Shown in pieces: positions 20,304-28,683 of a stretch of 64,000 nucleotides of DNA. Positions within the stretch are counted from its first letter, which is position 1. Every line of letters starts with the position of its first letter. The DNA lies in contig JAPFDT010000043.1 in the NCBI GenBank assembly GCA_026169815.1, forward strand, positions 15,118 through 79,117, written 5' to 3'. The DNA comes from Pseudogracilibacillus sp. Its GTDB lineage: Bacteria; Bacillota; Bacilli; Bacillales; Amphibacillaceae. The notes below the pieces were generated by a model. The model saw only the letters and a list, made by a program, of their open reading frames with translations, searched no databases and was not told the DNA's origin. The position numbers and the translations under genes were made by a program.

Positions 20304-21266
20304 TTATTTAACAATTGTCCATTTGTAACGTGTGGCTTGTTTTATATTTTGAGATTGTTGAAGAATATATTTTGTTGTGTGGCGAGAGTTTAGTTGTAAG
20401 AATTGGCGACATTGCGGATTAGTTAATGTTTCATTAAATAATATTTTAAAATCCTGTAAAGCTTTTTCATGTGCATTGTTGCAAGTTGCACTACATGATG
20501 GACAATACCAATTGCCTGTTTTGCGCTTCATTCCGAGAAAGTTACATTGTGGGCATTGAACACCAGACAAGATTTCTGATGGATGAATTTGGTATTTCTT
20601 CATAATATCAATCATAAAATCTTCACAGTTACGCATTATATGTTGAACCACTTTATTCCTAGAATGTGAACTTTTTTCAATAGGGTGTTTAGAGGCAAGT
20701 TCTTCATTGAGTCTCCTTACTTGGTGCGGAATATCTTCTACATACGTGACAATATTTTTTAAACTATTTTCCTCACCTTTCACTTTGATATAAGTGCTGC
20801 GTTCTGAAAAGGCAACGAAGTAATAAATTGGTAAACCACTTTGTTTAGCTATTTGAAGGAAGCGCAGTAAGTTTGCTTGGACTGTTTGCACTTGAGTAAT
20901 TGGATATTTATAACGTTCAATATCACCTTCTATATCGCGATAACATTGTCTTAAAGTCGTATCAAAGGTGATAATTCCGGTAAAACTTTTTACTTCAACA
21001 ATGAAAATCGCATGATCTGAGACGATAAGTGAATCAATTTGCGTTTGCTTGTTATGCAAGGAGAAACAAACATCAGCCATAATTGTAAAATCATCAGACA
21101 AACCTTCAATATGATAATCAAGTTTTCTTTCTCCATTATAGCCCTTTTGTAGCTTGGCGGCATCGATACGCAAATCTTTTAACTGTGGATGATTACTAGG
21201 CAATCTCGGTATCAATGCATCTAACATTTGTAATGGTAGTGGACGATTACGATAGCGTATTATCAT
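20304..21266 (-). CDS. NERD (nuclease-related domain) protein with C-terminal zinc ribbon
   Basis: NERD signature KGYNGERKLDYHI ... HAIFIVEVKSFTG. C-terminal CPQC-x14-CPSC ribbon. Confidence 0.85.
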   Translation of the reverse strand: MIIRYRNRPLPLQMLDALIPRLPSNHPQLKDLRIDAAKLQKGYNGERKLDYHIEGLSDDFTIMADVCFSLHNKQTQIDSLIVSDHAIFIVEVKSFTGIITFDTTLRQCYRDIEGDIERYKYPITQVQTVQANLLRFLQIAKQSGLPIYYFVAFSERSTYIKVKGEENSLKNIVTYVEDIPHQVRRLNEELASKHPIEKSSHSRNKVVQHIMRNCEDFMIDIMKKYQIHPSEILSGVQCPQCNFLGMKRKTGNWYCPSCSATCNNAHEKALQDFKILFNETLTNPQCRQFLQLNSRHTTKYILQQSQNIKQATRYKWTIVK

Positions 21267-21447
21267 AGTGTAATTCCTTTCTTTTTATTAATAGCTTAAT
21301 CTAACTTTTTTAATTCGTCAAAAAGGCAAAATTGTTAATTGAAACAGAAATATGTACCAATTTTTAAAAAGTCTCTAGTAAATTTGTGAAGTTCGAATGA
21401 AGATAGCTATGAATTTTGAAAATCAGATGATTTATAAAAATATAAAA

Positions 21448-21768
21448 GGAGAGCAAGATCTAAGAGTGAGAGCAAAATCCAGAGCGGGAGAGCAGATTCC
21501 AGAGCAGGAGAGCAGATTCCAGAGCAGGAGAGCAGATTCCAGAGCAGGAGAGCAAATTCCAAGGCGTGAGAGCAAATTCCAAGGCGTGAGAGCAAATTCC
21601 AGGGCGTGAGAGCAAATTCCAAGGCGAGAGAGCAAATTCCAAGGCGGGAGAGCAGATTCCAAGGCGTGAGAGCAATCTCCAAGGCGTGAGAGCAAATTCC
21701 AAGGCGTGAGAGCAAATTCCAAGGCAGGAGAGCAGATCACCAAAATAAGTGAGCGATCATTTCCTAAG
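21448..21768 (+). repeat. Tandem array of about 15 x 20-bp units plus a degenerate terminal unit, core GAGAGCA on the plus strand
   Basis: GAGAGC occurs at 21448, 21467, 21487 ... 21728. Consensus is GAGAGCARATTCCARGGCGT. The terminal unit is GTGAGCGATCATTTCCTAAG. Confidence 0.95.
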
Positions 21769-21874
21769 TTCAGCGCTCCATTTTTGATAAAACTGAAAAC
21801 CTCACATGTCTTATTATGAATTCACATTATGTAGACCGATTGTCATAATCGTGGGTGAAAGGGGAGTATATCAT

Positions 21875-22087
21875 TTGAAAAGAAACTCGCGTGAAGAAAC
21901 GATTAAATCAACCGCTTATTTACTCCAAATAAAAAACTATGTAGGTAAGAGTATTAATGATATTATTGAACATAGTGGTTCACCAAGAGGATCGCTTTAC
22001 TATCATTACCCAAAAGAAAAGGAACAATTAGCGCTCGAAGTAGTTTTAAGGACGAAAGAAAATCTGACAGCTTTTATCACAGATTAA
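21875..22087 (+). pseudogene. TetR-family regulator, N-terminal HTH fragment only (~70 aa)
   Basis: The TTG at 21875 follows AAAGGGGAG. The sequence REETIKSTAYLLQIKNYVGKSINDIIEHSGSPRGSLYYHYPKEKEQL is a TetR HTH. The ORF stops where the ligand domain should begin. Confidence 0.65.
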
Positions 22088-22215
22088 TGTTAATACTCGA
22101 CCATATTAACTTAGTAGGAACAAATCTATTAATAGGATCGAATAACGATGACTTAGGAACACGTTTCCCAGATGCATCTGAAGTGTATAACAAAGACTTA
22201 CGCAATATCGCTTAA
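22087..22215 (+). pseudogene. Purine nucleoside phosphorylase (PunA-type) internal fragment
   Basis: The 42-aa ORF MLILDHINLVGTNLLIGSNNDDLGTRFPDASEVYNKDLRNIA matches the conserved ...SDHINxxGxNPLxGxNxxxxGxRFPDMSxAYDKDL block of PunA. The N- and C-terminal parts are absent. Confidence 0.65.
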
Positions 22216-22246
22216 TAAAATCAAAAAAAGTTAGGAGAATTTACAC

Positions 22247-22939
22247 ATGAGTGAAAATAAACCATTATTAACAGGTGAACAATTAGCAAAAATGATTGAC
22301 CATACATTGTTAAAACCTGAAAGTACAAAAGAAGAAATCGAAATATTATGCGCAGAAGCAAAAGAATATAATTTTGCAACAGTATGTATTAATCCATCTT
22401 ATGTGCCAACAGCAGTAGCAGCCCTAAAAGGTTCAGATGTCGGGATTACAACAGTAATCGGCTTCCCTTTAGGAGCAACAACGACAATTACAAAAGTTGA
22501 AGAAACAAAAGATGCAATTAAAGCAGGAGCAACAGAAGTAGATATGGTCATTAATATTGGCTGGTTAAAATCAAAAGATTACGAAGCGGTAGAGCAAGAC
22601 ATTGCAGACGTAGTATCAGCAGCTAATGGACAAGCAGAAGTTAAAGTTATTATTGAAACAGGACTTTTAACTGACGAAGAAAAAGTAGAAGCATGTAAGC
22701 TAGCAAAAGCTGCAGGGGCAGATTTTGTCAAAACATCGACAGGATTCGGTCCAGGCAGTGCAACACCAGAAGATATCGCGTTAATGCGTAAAACAGTTGG
22801 ACCAGACATGGGCGTTAAAGCATCAGGCGGCGTTCGTGACATTGAATCAGCAAGAAACATGGTCGCAGCAGGAGCAACACGATTAGGCGCAAGCTCAGGA
22901 ATAGCTATCGTGCAAGGCGGGCAAGGAACAGGGTATTAA
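22247..22939 (+). CDS. deoC: Deoxyribose-phosphate aldolase
   Basis: IDHTLLKPE, Schiff-base lysine context [17 protein letters not shown]. Confidence 0.95.
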   Translation: MSENKPLLTGEQLAKMIDHTLLKPESTKEEIEILCAEAKEYNFATVCINPSYVPTAVAALKGSDVGITTVIGFPLGATTTITKVEETKDAIKAGATEVDMVINIGWLKSKDYEAVEQDIADVVSAANGQAEVKVIIETGLLTDEEKVEACKLAKAAGADFVKTSTGFGPGSATPEDIALMRKTVGPDMGVKASGGVRDIESARNMVAAGATRLGASSGIAIVQGGQGTGY

Positions 22940-22989
22940 ATTAAAGTTGGGAAATAGAAGCGGATAGAACAAGAAATTACCTTAAAAAA

Positions 22990-23032
22990 ATCTGAGTACT
23001 GAATCGAAATGGATTTAGTACTCAGATTTTTC
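22990..23032 (+). terminator. Terminator after deoC
   Basis: ATCTGAGTACT pairs with AGTACTCAGAT, followed by TTTTT. Confidence 0.85.
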
Positions 23033-23215
23033 ATTCCTCATAATGGGATAGCCTCATTTAATATATTTTCCTTTTATATCAGGTATTATTAACAGTTTGT
23101 TCTACCTAAAAATATTATTCGCTACAGAAGAGATAATATCCTTTTGACAAAATGAACATTAAATCTCCAAACAAAAACATAATCTCCTAATAATCGTCAC
23201 TTTCCCCTTTAATAT

Positions 23216-23245
23216 TTGCAACTATAGCTTAACTTTCGCTATAAT
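23216..23245 (+). promoter_or_regulatory. Sigma-A-type promoter upstream of tagO
   Basis: TTGCAA (23216-23221), 18-nt spacer, TATAAT (23240-23245). Confidence 0.5.
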
Positions 23246-23290
23246 CTAATAGCAAAGTAAAAATGCAGGAACTTTAATGAGGGATATATT

Positions 23291-24388
23291 ATGTTAAATT
23301 ACGTTGATTTAATGATTGCTTCCTTTATTGCACTCATATCAACATTTATATTAACGTTTGGAGTAAGGAAATTTGCCTTTCGCTTTAATTTTGTCGATTT
23401 CCCCAACCAACGTAAAATTCATAAACATGTTACACCACGTATCGGTGGATTAGGTATATTTTTAGGAGCGGCATTAGGACTGCTTTATTTACAACCAGAA
23501 CATATTCATTTAACGGGAATTTCACTAGGGGCGCTCGTCATCGTAATTACTGGATTATTAGATGACCGACTCGACATTCGTCCAATCATAAAATTAACTG
23601 GACAACTTGTCGCAGCATCGTTTCTTATCTCATCTGGATTAATTATTGAAAAAGTAACACTACCATTCTTCGGCATGATCGAATTAGGCGCATTTAGCGT
23701 GCTCATTACGTTTTTATGGGTTGTTGGGATAACGAACGCAATTAACTTAATCGACGGCTTAGATGGACTTGCTTCAGGCGTTTCGACGATTGCACTTTCA
23801 AGTATGTTCGTTATGGCATTAATTGATTTACAAATTTTTGCCGCCTTTTTATGTGTCGTCTTAATCGGAGCTAATTTAGGTTTTTTATACCACAATTTCT
23901 ATCCAGCAAAAATTTATATGGGCGATACTGGATCGAACTTTCTAGGATATATGATTGCCGTCATTTCAATGCTCGGTTTATTTAAAAATATCGCCTTATT
24001 CAGTTTCGTTATTCCAGTCATCGTGCTGGCTATTCCTATTTTTGATACATTATTCGCCATATTACGACGTGCTTCCAATAAACAAGGTATTATGATGGCC
24101 GATAATAAACATATTCATTATCAATTACTAGACGCAGGTTTCTCACATAGACAAACTGTGCTCATCATATATGGATTTAGTTTCATTTTCGGAGTACTTG
24201 CTATTGTATTTACAGAAGCATCTTTCCTTGTCTCAGCTTTAGTAACGCTATTTGTGCTATTTTTAATCCACATTCTAGCCGAGCTAGCAGGAGTTGTATT
24301 AGGAGGAAGACGACCTGTTGTAGATGGGATATTGAATATATTAGGGATTCGTACAGACGAATCAGAAGAAGACCACTTTAACGAATAA
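23291..24388 (+). CDS. tagO: Undecaprenyl-phosphate GlcNAc-1-phosphate transferase (MraY/WecA family)
   Basis: Polytopic membrane protein with NAINLIDGLDGLASG and YMGDTGSNFLGY motifs. Confidence 0.9.
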   Translation: MLNYVDLMIASFIALISTFILTFGVRKFAFRFNFVDFPNQRKIHKHVTPRIGGLGIFLGAALGLLYLQPEHIHLTGISLGALVIVITGLLDDRLDIRPIIKLTGQLVAASFLISSGLIIEKVTLPFFGMIELGAFSVLITFLWVVGITNAINLIDGLDGLASGVSTIALSSMFVMALIDLQIFAAFLCVVLIGANLGFLYHNFYPAKIYMGDTGSNFLGYMIAVISMLGLFKNIALFSFVIPVIVLAIPIFDTLFAILRRASNKQGIMMADNKHIHYQLLDAGFSHRQTVLIIYGFSFIFGVLAIVFTEASFLVSALVTLFVLFLIHILAELAGVVLGGRRPVVDGILNILGIRTDESEEDHFNE

Positions 24389-24390
24389 AA

Positions 24391-24429
24391 AAATCCGCAA
24401 ACACATTAGACGTGTTCGCGGATTTTTTC
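24391..24429. terminator. Bidirectional terminator between tagO and the convergent TagB-like gene
   Basis: ATCCGCAAACAC pairs with GTGTTCGCGGAT (one mismatch), flanked by an A-run and a T-run. It overlaps the last codons of the minus-strand gene. Confidence 0.7.
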
Positions 24430-25602
24430 TGTTTCAACTTCAACTTCTAGTTCATATATTGTTTGAATTAACTGTGCACTTGATTCCCCATGCGAATATT
24501 TATTCCATTCCTCAGCAAAAGGTTTTACCCGTTCTAATTGGAATGATTTTTCTTTAATTACTTCAATAATTTCATCAGTAGTCTCAACGACAGGACCGGG
24601 AACACGTGTATAATAATCTTTCCATAGTCCACGCTTTTCCATATAATCATCAAAGTCATAAGCATAAAAGATCATTGGTCGATTTAATAGAGAAAATTCA
24701 AATGGAATCGATGAATAATCTGTTATTAAAATATCTGTTCCGATTAATAAATGATTAATATCCGCATAATTGGATACATTATAAATGAATCCTGGATATT
24801 TATTTTCGAACGAATGATTCACAGCAGGATGTAATCGTAAAAACAAAATATAATCATGTTTAAAATGTTGATACATTTTATCTAAATTAATTTTTAATGT
24901 ACCGTTATTTAATTCATCATCTCGATAAGTAGGCGCATATAAAATTACCTTTTTATCTTTTATTAATGGAAAATTACTTCGCAAAATTTGCTGTGTTTCT
25001 TGTTTTTTTATATCATCAAAGAAGAAATCAGTTCTCGGAATTCCTGTCTTAATAAAACGTTCTTCAGGTAAATCAAAACTATCTTGAAATATATCAATCA
25101 TGCGATCTGAACCAACTGTTACGTAGTCAAATCGATTATAAACTTGTTTAAATCTTCCTAAAGCCTTATCTGTACGTGTTTCATTAGTTAAATCTTCTAA
25201 ACCAAACTTCTTAATAGCTCCAGCAGCATGCCATAATTGAACACACTTAACCTTAGTATCAAACTCAGTAACAGCTAAAAACCCATAGTAATTATCGACA
25301 AACACATAACGCGCCGTCGCTAAATGATAGATTGACGTAATAAAATCCTTTAATCTACTAGCCTCAAAATTTAGTACCGTTTGATTCGATGTTTCTACAA
25401 ATCTATTCCTATTATTCTCATTCGTTAAGACAATAGTAGTATGATTATCTACCATTTGATTTAATTGATTCAGAGTAGCTTCAATATTACCACCAAATGA
25501 AGCTACAAATACGGTTTTATCTTGTAATGGTTTACGTTTAAAAAAGTTAAACATAACTTTGAAACAGAATAAATATAGTGAAATGAAAAATTCTCTACGC
25601 AT
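24406..25602 (-). CDS. CDP-glycerol glycerophosphotransferase (TagB/TagF family)
   Basis: 398 aa of the Glyphos_transf type (VQLWHAAGAIKKFG, ILYAPTYRDDE, LITDYSSIPFEFSLLNRPMIFYAYD). Overlaps tagD by 8 nt. Confidence 0.85.
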   Translation of the reverse strand: MRREFFISLYLFCFKVMFNFFKRKPLQDKTVFVASFGGNIEATLNQLNQMVDNHTTIVLTNENNRNRFVETSNQTVLNFEASRLKDFITSIYHLATARYVFVDNYYGFLAVTEFDTKVKCVQLWHAAGAIKKFGLEDLTNETRTDKALGRFKQVYNRFDYVTVGSDRMIDIFQDSFDLPEERFIKTGIPRTDFFFDDIKKQETQQILRSNFPLIKDKKVILYAPTYRDDELNNGTLKINLDKMYQHFKHDYILFLRLHPAVNHSFENKYPGFIYNVSNYADINHLLIGTDILITDYSSIPFEFSLLNRPMIFYAYDFDDYMEKRGLWKDYYTRVPGPVVETTDEIIEVIKEKSFQLERVKPFAEEWNKYSHGESSAQLIQTIYELEVEVETEKIREHV

Positions 25603-25993
25603 TTGATTTCTGATTTAAATCTTTTTTAATTTGTGTGGTTGATATACCCTCAGTTCGTGGTAAATAAACAACCTCACATTGTTCTTGTAGAAAATCAAAT
25701 TTCCCTTCCCAGTCATCGCCCATAACGAAAACATCGATGTCATGTTTCTTAACATCTTCTTTCTTTTGTTCCCAGTTGTCCTCAGCGATAACTTCATCTA
25801 CATAACGTACAGCTTCTAAAATTGCTTTACGTTGTTCAAATGTATAATATGCCTTTTTCCCTTTACCTGCATTAAACTCATCAGAAGAAATAGCGACTAC
25901 TAAATAGTCCCCTAATTCCTTTGCACGGCGCAATATATTAATATGTCCTGTATGAAGTAAATCAAACGTTCCATACGTAATTACTTTCTTCAT
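25595..25993 (-). CDS. tagD: Glycerol-3-phosphate cytidylyltransferase
   Basis: MKKVITYGTFDLLHTGHINILRRAKELGDYLVVAISSDEFN, with the RTEGISTT motif. Confidence 0.95.
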   Translation of the reverse strand: MKKVITYGTFDLLHTGHINILRRAKELGDYLVVAISSDEFNAGKGKKAYYTFEQRKAILEAVRYVDEVIAEDNWEQKKEDVKKHDIDVFVMGDDWEGKFDFLQEQCEVVYLPRTEGISTTQIKKDLNQKSNA

Positions 25994-26205
25994 TTAATAA
26001 CCTCCGAATTATATTCAGTACTTTCTAGATTATACTACAGACTTAGTTTAAATTCGATATAATAGGATGAATTATAATTGGTAAATATTGATGTTATTTC
26101 AAGTTATCGTCACATTGTATAAAATTTCACTAAAATAAATAGAGAATTCTTTTACAAAAAGTAGTAGTAGTATTATACTTATTAGTTGTAGAGGAGGTGA
26201 AATGA

Positions 26206-28617
26206 GTGGAAAATAACAGGTCTATTGCACTATTTTTAGTTTTACTTACTTTCATATGGACCTTCAGCCCTTCAGTTTCATATGCAATGAATGAAAAAGC
26301 AACTTCTAATCTGGAAGAAAATGAGGAATCAGAACTAAATGAAATAATTTTAATTTCGGAAGATGAAGATTCAGAAATTAATATATATGAAGATGAAGAG
26401 TTAAATAAAGTATTATCAATCATACCTAACGAATCTAATGTTAACGTGTTAGATTTAGCTGAAGATGATTATTTATTCATACATTATGAAGGTAAGGACA
26501 TAGAGGAAAATCCAGTAGATATTGAAGGATATGTAGATACAGAGTCGGTATTAACTGAAGAAATAATAGACGACAATATAGATGATGAAACAGAGGAAGT
26601 CGAAGATACTGAGGAATCAGGTGAGGAAGAGTCGAAAGATAAATCTAAAGTTGAAGAGGCTGATGATAAAGCTGATGCAGAAAAAGAGTCTACTGAGTCT
26701 AATGACTCAAATGAAGAGTTAATTGAAGATGAAGAGGAAGAATCTTCAGAAGAAAATAATGATTCTAAGGATATTCAATCAATTGCTGTAGCGATGAATC
26801 AAGTTTCTTACAATGGGGTAGCTTTAAAAAATAAAACTCATGTTTATTCAAGTCAATCACGAGATTCCAAACCTCTAAAGTCATATTCACAAGGCTCTAT
26901 TTTAAAATATAACTCATTAAATAACAATTGGTATCAAGCTATAGTGAAGATTAAAGGTGTATGGGAAGTAGGATATATTCATTCAAATGATGTAGATAAT
27001 GTTGTAAGTACTCAATCTACATTATACGGAATTGTGCCAAGTGGAAAAGTGAATGTATTTTCAAAAGCTTCAAAAACGTCTAAGTCTTTAAAGTCCTATT
27101 CAGTTGGTTCTAAGTTAAAATATAAAACTTTTTCTAAAGATTGGTATGAAGCAACTGTTTATGTTAGCGGTGTTGCAACAAAAGGTTATATTTATAAGAA
27201 TGATATAGAGGACATAGAAACCAATCAAAAGACATTGTATGGGATAGCTAATAAAGCCCCTACACACATTTACTCAAAAGCTGCAACTAATTCTAGTAAG
27301 TTAAAATCTTATGAACAAGGCTCGATTTTAAAATATAAGACTTTAACGAAGGATTGGTATGAGGCAACTGTATTTGTAAAAGGTAAGAAAAAAGTAGGTT
27401 ATATTCATAAGTCTCATATTGAAGATAAAGTAAGTGATCAGGAGTCTGAATTTGGGGTTGGTCTTCATAACAAAACTAATATTTATACAAAAGCTTCTAC
27501 TAGCTCTAAGGTTTTAAAAAACTATAAACAAGGCAGTATTTTAAAGTATAAAACATTCTCTAAGAATTGGTATGAAGCTAAAGTAAAAGTAAATGGTGCT
27601 TATAAAACTGGATATATTCATAAAAATCATGTAGGAAAGCCAAGTAAACAAAGTACGTTACAAGGTCTTGCTACAAATAAAACTACACAAGTATATTCTC
27701 AGCCGTTTACTTCATCTAAACCTCTAAAAGGATATTCAGAAGGAAAGGTACTTAAATATAAATCCTATGCTAACAGTTGGTATGAAGCCAGAGTAAAAGT
27801 AAATGGTTCTTATCAAACGGGGTACATTCATAAAAAACATGTAGAGGATATAGCTGCTAAACAAAAGAGTACTAAAGGTAAAGCAAAACGATCGAATACT
27901 AATGTCTATAGTAAAGCTACAAAAAATGCTAAAGTTTTAAAGAGTTATAAATCAGGTAGTGTATTAAAGTTTAAAACTTATACTGATAATTGGTATGAAG
28001 CCAGAGTAAAGGTGAATGGTTCTTATCAAACAGGTTATATTCATCAATCAGATATCAGTTCGATAAATGGACAATTAGTATATTTAGATGCTGGTCATGG
28101 TGGATCTGATTCAGGTGCTCCAGGAAATGGATTGCTGGAAAAAGATTTAACTTTAGATATTGCTAAAAGAGTTCAGAAATTATTAGAATCAAATGGTTTT
28201 ATTGTAATGATGTCAAGAGCCACAGATAAATATTTATCTCTTTCTCAAAGAACAAAAGAAGCAAATGATGCTAATGCTGATATTTTTGTTAGTATTCATA
28301 TTAACTCTTTTACAAACGAGAGTGCAAATGGTATAGAAACTTGGAACATGAGCAAAGGGCCAAAAGCTAAAGAAAGTAATATTCTGGCTAAAGAACTACA
28401 AAAAGAATTAATTAAAGAAACTAAATTAAATGATCGTGGTGTAAAAGATGGAAACCTACATGTTAACCGCAAATCTAAAATGCCAAGCTCTTTAGTAGAA
28501 TTAGGATTTATTAGTAACAAAAGTGATGCTCAAAAGTTAAAACAAGCCTCATTCAAAAATAAATTAGCTAAAGGTATTACTAATGGCATTAAATCTTATT
28601 TTAATTTAGTTCATTAG
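26206..28617 (+). CDS. Secreted cell-wall hydrolase: acidic linker, ~9 SH3b repeats, C-terminal N-acetylmuramoyl-L-alanine amidase (Amidase_3)
   Basis: GTG start after AGGAGGTG; signal peptide. Repeated ...SYxQGSILKYKTFSKxWYEAxVKVNGxYKTGYIH modules. C-terminal domain has VYLDAGHGGSDSGA ... IFVSIHINS ... VELGFISN. Confidence 0.88.
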   Translation: MENNRSIALFLVLLTFIWTFSPSVSYAMNEKATSNLEENEESELNEIILISEDEDSEINIYEDEELNKVLSIIPNESNVNVLDLAEDDYLFIHYEGKDIEENPVDIEGYVDTESVLTEEIIDDNIDDETEEVEDTEESGEEESKDKSKVEEADDKADAEKESTESNDSNEELIEDEEEESSEENNDSKDIQSIAVAMNQVSYNGVALKNKTHVYSSQSRDSKPLKSYSQGSILKYNSLNNNWYQAIVKIKGVWEVGYIHSNDVDNVVSTQSTLYGIVPSGKVNVFSKASKTSKSLKSYSVGSKLKYKTFSKDWYEATVYVSGVATKGYIYKNDIEDIETNQKTLYGIANKAPTHIYSKAATNSSKLKSYEQGSILKYKTLTKDWYEATVFVKGKKKVGYIHKSHIEDKVSDQESEFGVGLHNKTNIYTKASTSSKVLKNYKQGSILKYKTFSKNWYEAKVKVNGAYKTGYIHKNHVGKPSKQSTLQGLATNKTTQVYSQPFTSSKPLKGYSEGKVLKYKSYANSWYEARVKVNGSYQTGYIHKKHVEDIAAKQKSTKGKAKRSNTNVYSKATKNAKVLKSYKSGSVLKFKTYTDNWYEARVKVNGSYQTGYIHQSDISSINGQLVYLDAGHGGSDSGAPGNGLLEKDLTLDIAKRVQKLLESNGFIVMMSRATDKYLSLSQRTKEANDANADIFVSIHINSFTNESANGIETWNMSKGPKAKESNILAKELQKELIKETKLNDRGVKDGNLHVNRKSKMPSSLVELGFISNKSDAQKLKQASFKNKLAKGITNGIKSYFNLVH

Positions 28618-28642
28618 GAAATAAGAGTTTCATAGTATTAAT

Positions 28643-28682
28643 AAAAAGCCAACGTCATAATTCAGTGACGTTGGCTTTTTAT
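28643..28682. terminator. Bidirectional terminator between the two convergent autolysin genes
   Basis: AAGCCAACGTCA pairs with TGACGTTGGCTT, flanked by an A-run and a T-run. Confidence 0.85.
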
Positions 28683-28683
28683 A

